Source: Acidobacteriota bacterium (GTDB lineage: Bacteria; Acidobacteriota; Aminicenantia; Aminicenantales; Aminicenantaceae). Taken from it: a DNA stretch of 61,858 nt. The DNA is taken from positions 1-61,858 of the forward strand of contig DAOVDI010000002.1 in the NCBI GenBank assembly GCA_030669585.1, given 5' to 3'. Made by a program: the position numbers and the translations under genes. Under the pieces are notes generated by a model, which saw only the letters and a program-made list of their open reading frames with translations, ran no database searches and was not told where the DNA came from. Positions 34,937 through 42,297 of the stretch are shown piece by piece. Numbering within the stretch: the first letter of the stretch is position 1; each line of letters starts with the position of its first letter.

Positions 34937-35788
34937 TTAGTGTTCTTTTTCAATCTTTTTAATGATCATATCTCCTTTCCGAATGATCCTTTCCGATGGT
35001 GTGATGGTCGTAGGACAATTATTCCAGCAGTCGCCGCAGCCGTTGCATTTATCGACGTCAACATACCGGGCTTTTTTCTTAATCTTTACTTTAAAATTGC
35101 CGACAAATCCCGATATCTCCTCTACTTCACTCCAGGTCAAAAGCTCAATGTTTGGATGTTTTCCGACTTCAGACATTTTCGGGGTTAATATGCAGGCAGA
35201 GCAGTCTAGGGTCGGAAACGTTTTATCAAGCATAGACATATGGCCGCCTATGGAAGATTCTTTTTCTACCAAGTAGACTTTTTTGCCGGAACTGGCATAG
35301 GTCAATGCAGCATGAATACCTGCGATACCGCCCCCGACGATCAGTACTTCCGGGCGTACCGGGACTTCTTTTTTCATCAAAGGGTCATGCAGGGCGACGC
35401 GTCTGACGGCGGCAGAGATCAGGGCTTTGGCCTTTTTAGTGGCTGCATCCGGATTTTCTGTCACCCAGGAAACGTGCTCCCGAATGTTCGCCATCTGGAA
35501 GAAAAAGGGGTTCACTCCCCCTTCGCTCGTTGCTCCTCTGAATGTTGGTTCATGCATCAAAGGGGAACAGGACGCTACAACGACGCGTGTCAAGTTGTGC
35601 TCTTTAATTTGTTCCTTGATCAATTCCTGTCCCGGGTCAGAGCACATGAATTTATATTCTTTAGCCACAATAACGTTATCAAGTTTAGAGGCGAATTCAG
35701 CGACGTCATAGACATTTACTTTGTTCGAAATGTTAGTGCCGCAGTGGCATATAAATACTCCTATTCTCGGTTGTCCGTTTTGATTCAT
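34937..35788 (-). CDS. Truncated HdrA-like protein: N-terminal Fe-S domain, FAD-binding start of the thioredoxin-reductase fold, and one 4Fe-4S motif
   Basis: 283 aa. Motifs IGVFICHCGTNIS and VVVASCSP. Motif NPFFFQMANIREHVSW. Motif VLIVGGGIAGIHAAL…EKESSIGG. Motifs TLDCSACILTPK and CNGCGDCWNNCP, then a stop. Canonical HdrA is about 650 aa. Confidence 0.75.
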   Translation of the reverse strand: MNQNGQPRIGVFICHCGTNISNKVNVYDVAEFASKLDNVIVAKEYKFMCSDPGQELIKEQIKEHNLTRVVVASCSPLMHEPTFRGATSEGGVNPFFFQMANIREHVSWVTENPDAATKKAKALISAAVRRVALHDPLMKKEVPVRPEVLIVGGGIAGIHAALTYASSGKKVYLVEKESSIGGHMSMLDKTFPTLDCSACILTPKMSEVGKHPNIELLTWSEVEEISGFVGNFKVKIKKKARYVDVDKCNGCGDCWNNCPTTITPSERIIRKGDMIIKKIEKEH

Positions 35789-36669
35789 TTCGCCCCTCCA
35801 TTATTGATTTTTTGCCACATGTTTTTTAATGAGATGATCGATCGTTTAAAACCGAGGTCCTCTTTAGGAATTCCAAGGGCCAATCCCATGAGCTGTGTAA
35901 AATAGAGAACAGGGATTTTATAATCTTCTTTGTATTCTTTAGAAACCTTGGCTGCCATGATCTCGAGGTTGAACTGGCAGAGTGGGCACAGGGTCACAAT
36001 GACGTCTGCGCCCTTTTTTTTAGCCTCTTTGAGAAGGACATAATTTAATCCTTTTCCGATGTTTTCAATTGTTCCTGTTAGTGAACCGCCGCAGCACAAG
36101 GTTTTAGCTGAGTAATCCACGGCCTCAGCGCCCATGGCTTCCATGAGATTATCCATTGTTTCCGGGTAATCCGGATCGTCGAAGTCCGTGTAAGGCCTTA
36201 CCAACTGGCAGCCGTAATAGCACGCCACTTTGAGTCCGGTGAGCTTATTTTCGACTTTTTCCTTGATGGTATCCAAGCCTATTTCTTGGATAAATATTTC
36301 CAGGGGATGTCTGACTTTCACAGTGCCTTTGTATTCGCATCCTGTTGTTTTTAGATCGGTTAAAACCTTTTGGGCTTTATTTGATCCTTCTGTTAAAAAG
36401 GTGTTGGATTTTTTCATCGTCAGGAAACATCCGGCGCAGGGAGCCATGACATGACAGCCTGCCTTCTCGGCAATAGACAAGTTGCGACCGCATAAAGCAG
36501 CGGCTATTGTATCATCAACAGCGAAGTATGCTGTAGCTCCGCAGCAGTTCCAGTCATTCATTTCCTCGATTTCCATTCCGATCTTTTTTAGAACAGGCAG
36601 AAGGGATTCTTCGTAGTGTTTTGAACCGCCTTTTAGAGAGCAACCCGGATAATAGATATATTCATTCAT
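35785..36669 (-). CDS. hdrB: Heterodisulfide reductase subunit B (two CCG domains)
   Basis: 294 aa. Motifs YYPGCSL, NCCGATAYF, YYGCQL and LCCGGSL. Confidence 0.85.
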   Translation of the reverse strand: MNEYIYYPGCSLKGGSKHYEESLLPVLKKIGMEIEEMNDWNCCGATAYFAVDDTIAAALCGRNLSIAEKAGCHVMAPCAGCFLTMKKSNTFLTEGSNKAQKVLTDLKTTGCEYKGTVKVRHPLEIFIQEIGLDTIKEKVENKLTGLKVACYYGCQLVRPYTDFDDPDYPETMDNLMEAMGAEAVDYSAKTLCCGGSLTGTIENIGKGLNYVLLKEAKKKGADVIVTLCPLCQFNLEIMAAKVSKEYKEDYKIPVLYFTQLMGLALGIPKEDLGFKRSIISLKNMWQKINNGGAK

Positions 36670-37247
36670 TTTGCGTTCTCCTTAACTTCATTTAACAAAG
36701 TGCGCAGTTGCTTCCGGTTTTTGATCTTTTCTTTTTTTAAGCTCATTCGCCCAGTCTTCATCAGATTGATGCCCAGGGGGGCCATTTTTAACATACCGAG
36801 TGGATTTTTTAACTTAATATACATGTTCACAACAAGCCATAGTTCTGAATTCCGCCCGTTCTTCGCGATGAGCTTGCACATTTCTTGAGCAAGGACAGGA
36901 GGCTGAAGCCTGTTGGGATAAACTTTTTCTTCGATCGCTTTCCGTTTTAATGCATACATAACATCCGTGATCTTGATCTTTGCGGGACAGCGGACCTGAC
37001 ATGTATAACAAGAGGCACACAACCAGATGGTAAAACTCTTAAGAGCTTCTTCCTTGAATCCGTTTTTGATAAAGGAAATGATCTTCCTGGGGGGGTGGTC
37101 CATATAGACTGCCATAGGGCAGGAACTGCTGCATGCGCCGCACTGTATGCACTTGTCGATTTCTTCACATCCTGACATATCCTTAATTTCGTCTAAAAAA
37201 TTCTTGTCCAGCTCTTCTTCAAACTTAACCTTTCTCTGGATATCCAT
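36666..37247 (-). CDS. hdrC: Heterodisulfide reductase subunit C (2x[4Fe-4S])
   Basis: 193 aa. Motifs CIQCGACSSSCP and CASCYTCQVRCP. 4-nt overlap with hdrB. Confidence 0.85.
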   Translation of the reverse strand: MDIQRKVKFEEELDKNFLDEIKDMSGCEEIDKCIQCGACSSSCPMAVYMDHPPRKIISFIKNGFKEEALKSFTIWLCASCYTCQVRCPAKIKITDVMYALKRKAIEEKVYPNRLQPPVLAQEMCKLIAKNGRNSELWLVVNMYIKLKNPLGMLKMAPLGINLMKTGRMSLKKEKIKNRKQLRTLLNEVKENAK

Positions 37248-37497
37248 GAATCCTCCTTTAAGGACAAAGATATTTATATATGTATTTATATATACGAAAT
37301 GGATATATGAAAAAATTGTGAGAAGGAAAGTATCCGAATAAGTAATCTAATAACAAATGACTCCTGCATACACAGTCAAATTTTAGACAACACCAAAAAA
37401 AACAAAGATACTCTTAAGAAAAAATCCTGCATCAAAAATTATACTGTAACCATAAAATACATAGGAATAATAAAGATTATTTTATGATTAGAATCAC

Positions 37498-37526
37498 ATA
37501 ATATTTGTGAAATTTTGACTTGTCAA
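37498..37526 (-). promoter_or_regulatory. Candidate sigma-70 promoter for the hdr-mvh block, overlapped by a palindrome
   Basis: The minus strand reads TTGACA-17 nt-TATTAT. TCACA-N7-TGTGA (37494-37510) spans the -10. This would imply a leader of about 240 nt before hdrC. No sigma-54 match was found in 37248-37710. Confidence 0.3.
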
Positions 37527-37641
37527 TATAAAATATTAAAAGTTGATTTTTTATGGAGGTTTTATTGAGTCGAACTATTCTCGTATTCCTGCTGTTTGCA
37601 GTTCATCATGAATCTATTCTATGAAACTTTTCTTTTATAAC

Positions 37642-37671
37642 TTGCATTTCGCATTAAAAAAAAAGTAGAAT
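37642..37671 (+). promoter_or_regulatory. Candidate sigma-70 promoter for the lipoprotein gene
   Basis: TTGCAT-18 nt-TAGAAT, about 40 nt upstream of the ATG at 37711 (RBS AAGGAGG). Confidence 0.3.
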
Positions 37672-37710
37672 TAAATAGGTAGAATCAATGGATTTAACAA
37701 AGGAGGAAAA

Positions 37711-38403
37711 ATGAGGAGAAAAATATTTTCCATCATCGGAGTTGTTCTTTTAATACTTGCCGTTCAGGGGTGTTCATCACATCCTGAACAGAATTTATTA
37801 GAGAGATATTTTCATGCTATCGCCCTGAATGATGCACAGACGATGGCAACAATGTCTCTCCAGCCTCTGAAGATCGAAGCTGATAGCTGGGAAATCATCC
37901 AGGTCAGTGAGGAATTGGTCAATGAAGCATTTCTTCCAGAGTTGAACAAAGTTGAGCTGGATTTGAAAAAACAAAAAGATGAGTCTATTGTCTTCACACT
38001 GGATGCCAGTGATGAGCTTGATGATGCAAAATTCGAACTCGAAAATGCACGGACAAGAAATGCGAAAAGAGCAGCCCAGAAAAAGATCGATGAACTGCAG
38101 ATAAAATATGACGAGATATATGAAAAACATAAAAACATCCAGAAGCAGTATAATGAAGCCAAAGCTGCCGCACAGAAGGAAGAAAATATTTCCATGTTCT
38201 CTTTGAACGCTGGTGAACTTCCCAATATAAGAGATTTTTTAGGCGATATGTCAGCTAAAGAAGTGGATATTAAATGTGTCCTGAAGGATGGGACGGAAAA
38301 AAATTATCGCGTTTTTATGCGAAAGTATGTTCTTAAGGATGAAGCTGCCGGTATCACACGTCGCGGAAGATGGATTATTACAAAGTTTGAAGTCTTGAAA
38401 TAA
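37711..38403 (+). CDS. Hypothetical lipoprotein with a coiled-coil region
   Basis: 230 aa. Signal peptide plus lipobox (LLILAVQGC|SS). The central region is Lys/Glu/Gln-rich and helix-like. No family recognised. Confidence 0.6.
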   Translation: MRRKIFSIIGVVLLILAVQGCSSHPEQNLLERYFHAIALNDAQTMATMSLQPLKIEADSWEIIQVSEELVNEAFLPELNKVELDLKKQKDESIVFTLDASDELDDAKFELENARTRNAKRAAQKKIDELQIKYDEIYEKHKNIQKQYNEAKAAAQKEENISMFSLNAGELPNIRDFLGDMSAKEVDIKCVLKDGTEKNYRVFMRKYVLKDEAAGITRRGRWIITKFEVLK

Positions 38404-38417
38404 CAGGTCATTTTTAA

Positions 38418-38446
38418 TTGACAGTTTAAACGTTTTCTTTTATATT
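38418..38446 (+). promoter_or_regulatory. Sigma-70 promoter for the tRNA-Lys/tRNA-Glu pair
   Basis: TTGACA-17 nt-TATATT, about 18 nt upstream of the tRNA-Lys 5' end. Confidence 0.55.
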
Positions 38447-38463
38447 ATCGATTTTCTTTTGGA

Positions 38464-38538
38464 GGGCCGTTAGCTCAGAGGGAGAGCACCGGCCTTTTAA
38501 GCCGGGTGTCGCTGGTTCGAGTCCAGCACGGCTCACCA
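38464..38538 (+). tRNA. tRNA-Lys (anticodon UUU), CCA encoded
   Basis: Hand-folded cloverleaf. Acceptor GGGCCGT/ACGGCTC. D arm GCTC…GAGC. Anticodon arm CCGGC-CTTTTAA-GCCGG. T arm GCTGG-TTCGAGT-CCAGC. Discriminator A plus CCA. Confidence 0.9.
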
Positions 38539-38545
38539 CCCTTAC

Positions 38546-38620
38546 GCCCCTGTCGTCTAGCTTGGTCTAGGACATCGCCCTTTCAAGGCGGCAACACGGG
38601 TTCAAATCCCGTCGGGGGCG
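38546..38620 (+). tRNA. tRNA-Glu (anticodon UUC)
   Basis: Acceptor GCCCCTG/CGGGGGC. Anticodon arm TCGCC-CTTTCAA-GGCGG. T arm ACGGG-TTCAAAT-CCCGT. Closely resembles canonical bacterial tRNA-Glu. A T-run follows. Confidence 0.9.
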
Positions 38621-38844
38621 TTTCTCCCTCCCTTTTTTTTTGTGATACTGCTCCTTGGGTTTTTCTTTTTATAAAGGTGGAAAAGTAGCACTGCAGGTGT
38701 CTGATAAAATGCCAGGATAATAGGGGAAAGTATAAGCCAGTACACGTTAAAAACGGGAAGAAACAGAAAAAGAAAAGCGACAATACCACCCAATGATGCC
38801 AGAATAGAAGCCGGAAGCAGAAGAGATGCCGGATTAAATCTCAT
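38602..38844 (-). CDS. Possible small membrane protein (2 TM), hypothetical
   Basis: 80-aa ORF, 18 nt downstream of the HD-GYP gene on the same strand, with two hydrophobic stretches. Its last 19 nt overlap tRNA-Glu on the opposite strand. No family recognised, so it may be spurious. Confidence 0.25.
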   Translation of the reverse strand: MRFNPASLLLPASILASLGGIVAFLFLFLPVFNVYWLILSPIILAFYQTPAVLLFHLYKKKNPRSSITKKKGGRNAPDGI

Positions 38845-38862
38845 TACACCATAACCATCATA

Positions 38863-40236
38863 TCAATCAAAAGTAAAATTCCCATTCATGAGTATATCCA
38901 GGCAGGCATCCACCACCTTTTTATCATAGAGAATACCTTGGTTATGTTTGATCTCATCTATCGCCTGTTGAATAGGTAATGCCGGCCGGTAGGGCCTGTG
39001 ACTTACCATGGCTTCGATGACATCAGCCACAGCCAGAATGCGTGCTTCTAAGTGGATATCATTTCCTTTTAGGCCGTCAGGATAACCGCTGCCATCCATT
39101 CGTTCATGATGCTGGAGGACAAACTCCTGGATCGGCCACGGAAATTCGATGGATTTGAGGATATCATATCCGACCTTGGGATGGGTCTTTATAATATTAA
39201 ATTCCACATCTGTGATATTTCCGGGTTTGCTGAGTATTTCCGCAGGGATATAGATCTTTCCGATATCATGAAGCTCTCCGGCCATTTTGAGGCCCTCGAT
39301 CCTATCCTTTGTAAACCCAAATCGTTCTGCTATCGCCACTGCCAGTTTGGTCACCCTGTGCTGGTGTCCGGCAGTGTAAGGGTCCCGTTTTTCAATTGTG
39401 AATGCCATGGCGTCCATCGTTCCCTGCATTGTCCTTTTCTGTTTTTCCCAGCTTTCTATAAGTTTTTCCTCCGCGATTTTTCTTCTGGAGATGTTGGAAA
39501 AAGCCAGGATAGTACCGGAGATACGGTTTTCTTCCTGCTTTATTGGTGCGATCCTGAATTCGATGGGTGTTTTGTTTCCATTTTTAGAGATCAGGATTGC
39601 TTCCGAAAATACATCTGTTTCTTTTGCCTCAAGAACAGGCTGAAGAAGTCGATTAAATCTCTTCCCACTCTTTTCATCTCGCACTAAAAAAATCTTCTCA
39701 AGTGGAGAATTGAGAGCATCCATCTGTTTCCATCCTGTGAGAGACTCGGCTTTTGGGTTCATAAAAGTCGTATTTCCCTTATCGTCTGTAGCGATGACTC
39801 CATCAGCAATGCTTTCCAGCATTGTAAAAAGCCATTGTTCTCTTTTTTTGAGTTCTTGCTCCATTTTAAATTTATATAGTGCGATCTCGATCGTTGTCTG
39901 GAGTTCACGTTCTTCAAAGGGTTTCAGAAGATATCCGAAGGGAGCGGTTTCCTTGGCGAGCTGAAGAGTCGTTTCATCTGTATAGGATGTCAGATAAACA
40001 ACTGGGATGTTGTGTTTTTTGTAGATCACATCGGCGGCCTTCACTCCGCCTGATGTGCCTTGCAGCATGATATCCATCAGAACCAGTGAGGGATTTTTCT
40101 TTTTTGCAATATTGACTGCTTCTTTGGCCCTAGTTGTAACTCCTACGACATCATAATTCAGACTGAGAAGCATGTTCTGGATGTCATGGGCGACGATGCT
40201 TTCGTCCTCGACAACAAGAATAGTTGATTTTTTCAT
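38863..40236 (-). CDS. Response regulator with REC, PAS and HD-GYP (c-di-GMP phosphodiesterase-type) domains
   Basis: 457 aa. REC (LVVEDES…LMDIML…KPF). PAS-like middle region. Motifs HDIGKIYIP and HHERMDGSGYPDGL. Confidence 0.85.
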   Translation of the reverse strand: MKKSTILVVEDESIVAHDIQNMLLSLNYDVVGVTTRAKEAVNIAKKKNPSLVLMDIMLQGTSGGVKAADVIYKKHNIPVVYLTSYTDETTLQLAKETAPFGYLLKPFEERELQTTIEIALYKFKMEQELKKREQWLFTMLESIADGVIATDDKGNTTFMNPKAESLTGWKQMDALNSPLEKIFLVRDEKSGKRFNRLLQPVLEAKETDVFSEAILISKNGNKTPIEFRIAPIKQEENRISGTILAFSNISRRKIAEEKLIESWEKQKRTMQGTMDAMAFTIEKRDPYTAGHQHRVTKLAVAIAERFGFTKDRIEGLKMAGELHDIGKIYIPAEILSKPGNITDVEFNIIKTHPKVGYDILKSIEFPWPIQEFVLQHHERMDGSGYPDGLKGNDIHLEARILAVADVIEAMVSHRPYRPALPIQQAIDEIKHNQGILYDKKVVDACLDILMNGNFTFD

Positions 40237-40307
40237 AACAAGGTCTTAAGAATTACCAATAAAATAACATTTCCCCTGATTTCTGTCAATTGCGTGCTAT
40301 AAGCGGT

Positions 40308-40382
40308 TGGTGGGCGGTACTGGATTCGAACCAGTGACCCTCGGCGTGTAAGGCCGGTACTCTTCCGCTGAGCTAACCGCCC
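40308..40382 (-). tRNA. tRNA-Val (anticodon UAC), CCA encoded
   Basis: The reverse complement folds as follows. Acceptor GGGCGGT/ACCGCCC. Anticodon arm CCGGC-CTTACAC-GCCGA, with one 27-43 mismatch. T arm ACTGG-TTCGAAT-CCAGT. Discriminator A plus CCA. Confidence 0.9.
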
Positions 40383-40403
40383 GGTTCAGCTGTTGTGTTT
40401 TTT

Positions 40404-40432
40404 AAGTTAAAAGAATGGGAGATGTTTGTCAA
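40404..40432 (-). promoter_or_regulatory. Candidate sigma-70 promoter for tRNA-Val
   Basis: The minus strand reads TTGACA-17 nt-TAACTT, about 20 nt upstream of the tRNA 5' end. Confidence 0.45.
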
Positions 40433-40460
40433 GAAACATAGCTTAAGTCTGACGGATATA

Positions 40461-40489
40461 TTGACATAAGCACAGGCGTATGCTAGAGT
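40461..40489 (+). promoter_or_regulatory. Candidate sigma-70 promoter for rplU-rpmA-obg
   Basis: TTGACA-17 nt-TAGAGT, leaving a leader of about 60 nt before rplU. Confidence 0.5.
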
Positions 40490-40557
40490 AAAAATCCTTT
40501 TTTGTGGATTTGTTTATATCCCAGAGTGTTTAAATTCTATATTTTGAGGTCGAAAAG

Positions 40558-40977
40558 ATGTTTGCTGTGATTAAAACAGGTGGAAAGCAGTACCGGGTAC
40601 AGAAAGGGGAAATTCTGGATATCGAAAAGCTCGATGTAAAAGAAGGAAAAAAAGTCTCTTTCGAACAGGTTCTGCTCATTGATGTAGACGGCAAGATACA
40701 GGTAGGGACTCCCTATTTAAAAGACACCCTTGTAAAAGCGGAAGTTTTGGATAATTTTAAGGATAAAAAAGTTATAGTTTTTAAGAAAAAGAGGCGGAAA
40801 CAATACAAGCGAAAAACTGGCCACCGCCAGGAATTGACGCGTATCAGGATTGAAGAGATCCTTACTGGAAAAGCAACCGGGAAAGCAAAACCTGTTGAAA
40901 AAGCAGCGGTTAAGCCAAAGACTGCAAAAAAAACCAGCAATAAATCAGCGGCCACAGCTGTTAATCCCAAGGAATAG
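40558..40977 (+). CDS. rplU: 50S ribosomal protein L21 with a Lys/Ala-rich C-terminal extension
   Basis: MFAVIKTGGKQYRV… is the canonical L21 N-terminus. 139 aa versus about 103 typical. The tail reads GKATGKAKPVEKAAVKPKTAKKTSNK…. Confidence 0.9.
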   Translation: MFAVIKTGGKQYRVQKGEILDIEKLDVKEGKKVSFEQVLLIDVDGKIQVGTPYLKDTLVKAEVLDNFKDKKVIVFKKKRRKQYKRKTGHRQELTRIRIEEILTGKATGKAKPVEKAAVKPKTAKKTSNKSAATAVNPKE

Positions 40978-40989
40978 AGGAGATGATCA

Positions 40990-41244
40990 ATGGCTCATAA
41001 AAAGTCTGGTGGAAGCGCAAAGAATGGGAGAGAAAGTCATTCCAAAAGGTTGGGAGTCAAGCGATCAGCCGGTCAATTTGTCAATGCCGGTTCTATTCTT
41101 GTCAGGCAAAGAGGAACTCCATTTAAGCCGGGATTAAATGTCGGCAGAGGAAATGATGACACTCTTTTTGCTTTGAAAACCGGCACTGTAAAGTACGAAA
41201 CAAAAGGAAAAAACCAGAAATTCGTATCCATCATACCCGAATAG
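40990..41244 (+). CDS. rpmA: 50S ribosomal protein L27
   Basis: [24 protein letters not shown]… is the canonical L27 N-terminus. 84 aa. Confidence 0.95.
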   Translation: MAHKKSGGSAKNGRESHSKRLGVKRSAGQFVNAGSILVRQRGTPFKPGLNVGRGNDDTLFALKTGTVKYETKGKNQKFVSIIPE

Positions 41245-41265
41245 GAGAGTTTTTCTTCTCATAAT

Positions 41266-42297
41266 ATGTTTGTTGACCAGGTAAAAGCAATTCTGCTGGC
41301 CGGTAGGGGAGGTAACGGGTGCCTGAGTTTCCGGAGGGAAAAAGGGGTTCCAAAAGGAGGTCCTGATGGAGGTCGCGGCGGCGATGGGGGCAGCATCTAT
41401 CTCGTTTCTGATGAGAATACCAGCTCGCTGGCCTATTTTCGTTTTCACCCCATAAACAAAGCGGAAAAGGGGTTCAATGGAGAGGGCAGTAACCGGTATG
41501 GAAAAAAGGGGGCAGATCTTATCTTGAAAGTGCCCGTTGGGACCATCGTCAAAGAGGAATGTAACGCGGAAATTCTTTTTGATTTTATTGCCTCAGGGCA
41601 GAAATATCTGGTGGTTAAGGGCGGGCAAGGAGGAAGGGGAAATGCTTCTTTTTCTTCTCCAACTCGCCGGGCTCCAAGAATAAGGGAAGAAGGGAAGCCT
41701 GGTGAAGAAAAGATCCTGATACTGGAATTAAAACTTATTGCGGATGTTGGATTGGTCGGTTTTCCCAATGCAGGAAAATCGACGCTGATCTCAAAAATAT
41801 CTGCTGCTAAGCCTGTGATTGCTGAATATCCTTTCACAACTCTGGTTCCGAATCTAGGTGTTGTTGATGTGGATGAGTCTATGAGTTTTGTGGTTGCCGA
41901 TATCCCCGGACTGATCGAAGGCGCACATTTGGGGCATGGCCTGGGTATTCAATTTTTGAAACATGTAGAGCGGACTAAGATACTGGCCCATATTATCGAT
42001 GTGTCCCCCTATTCAGGAAGAGATCCGGTTCGAGATTATCAGGCTGTTCTGGAGGAATTAATAGCTTTTAATCCGGATCTACTAAAAAGAAAACAGATAT
42101 TGATAGCCAATAAGATCGACCTTTTAACAGGAAATAAAGAATGCCTGGATAAGCTCAAAGATCTAGCCCGGAAAGAAAATATTCTTTTTCAAGCGATCTC
42201 TGCATTAAAAAGCATTGGGTTGAAACAGCTTGTTGTTGTCCTGGCAGATATACTGAAAACACAAAAAAAGGATTCAAGTGAAAACAGGGCAATATAA
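41266..42297 (+). CDS. obg: GTPase Obg/CgtA
   Basis: Gly-rich Obg fold (GGNGCLSFRREK, GGDGG). G1 GFPNAGKST. G3 DIPGLIEGA. G4 NKID. Confidence 0.9.
   Translation: MFVDQVKAILLAGRGGNGCLSFRREKGVPKGGPDGGRGGDGGSIYLVSDENTSSLAYFRFHPINKAEKGFNGEGSNRYGKKGADLILKVPVGTIVKEECNAEILFDFIASGQKYLVVKGGQGGRGNASFSSPTRRAPRIREEGKPGEEKILILELKLIADVGLVGFPNAGKSTLISKISAAKPVIAEYPFTTLVPNLGVVDVDESMSFVVADIPGLIEGAHLGHGLGIQFLKHVERTKILAHIIDVSPYSGRDPVRDYQAVLEELIAFNPDLLKRKQILIANKIDLLTGNKECLDKLKDLARKENILFQAISALKSIGLKQLVVVLADILKTQKKDSSENRAI

Noticed and set aside
34937-35788. Short hdrA read as a pseudogene or frameshifted remnant
   Set aside because: There is no HdrA-like continuation in any frame downstream. The stop abuts the next gene's start, hdrB overlaps its start by 4 nt, and the missing regions exist as an intact fusion at 26681-28438. 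A functional split seems more likely, but this is unproven.
35240-35905. 221-aa + strand ORF across the hdrA-N/hdrB junction. Similar long antisense ORFs lie at 20737-21456, 22724-23236 and 29230-29739.
   Set aside because: All lie antisense to strongly recognisable genes and show no motifs. They are treated as shadow ORFs.
23795-37247. Selenocysteine recoding in Mvh or Hdr subunits
   Set aside because: All ORFs are continuous with Cys at the relevant positions (for example DPCHACGTH). No in-frame TGA is needed.
37494-37510. TCACA-N7-TGTGA read as a CRP/FNR-family site
   Set aside because: The half-sites are in the opposite order and have the wrong spacing relative to TGTGA-N6-TCACA. It is kept only as an unassigned palindrome.
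38506-38688. 60-aa + strand ORF spanning the tRNA-Lys 3' end and all of tRNA-Glu
   Set aside because: The sequence folds into two canonical tRNAs, so the ORF is a by-product.
38464-40382. tRNA-flanked segment (HD-GYP regulator plus small ORF) read as an integrated island
   Set aside because: I saw no integrase, no direct repeat of a tRNA 3' end, and no compositional break by eye.
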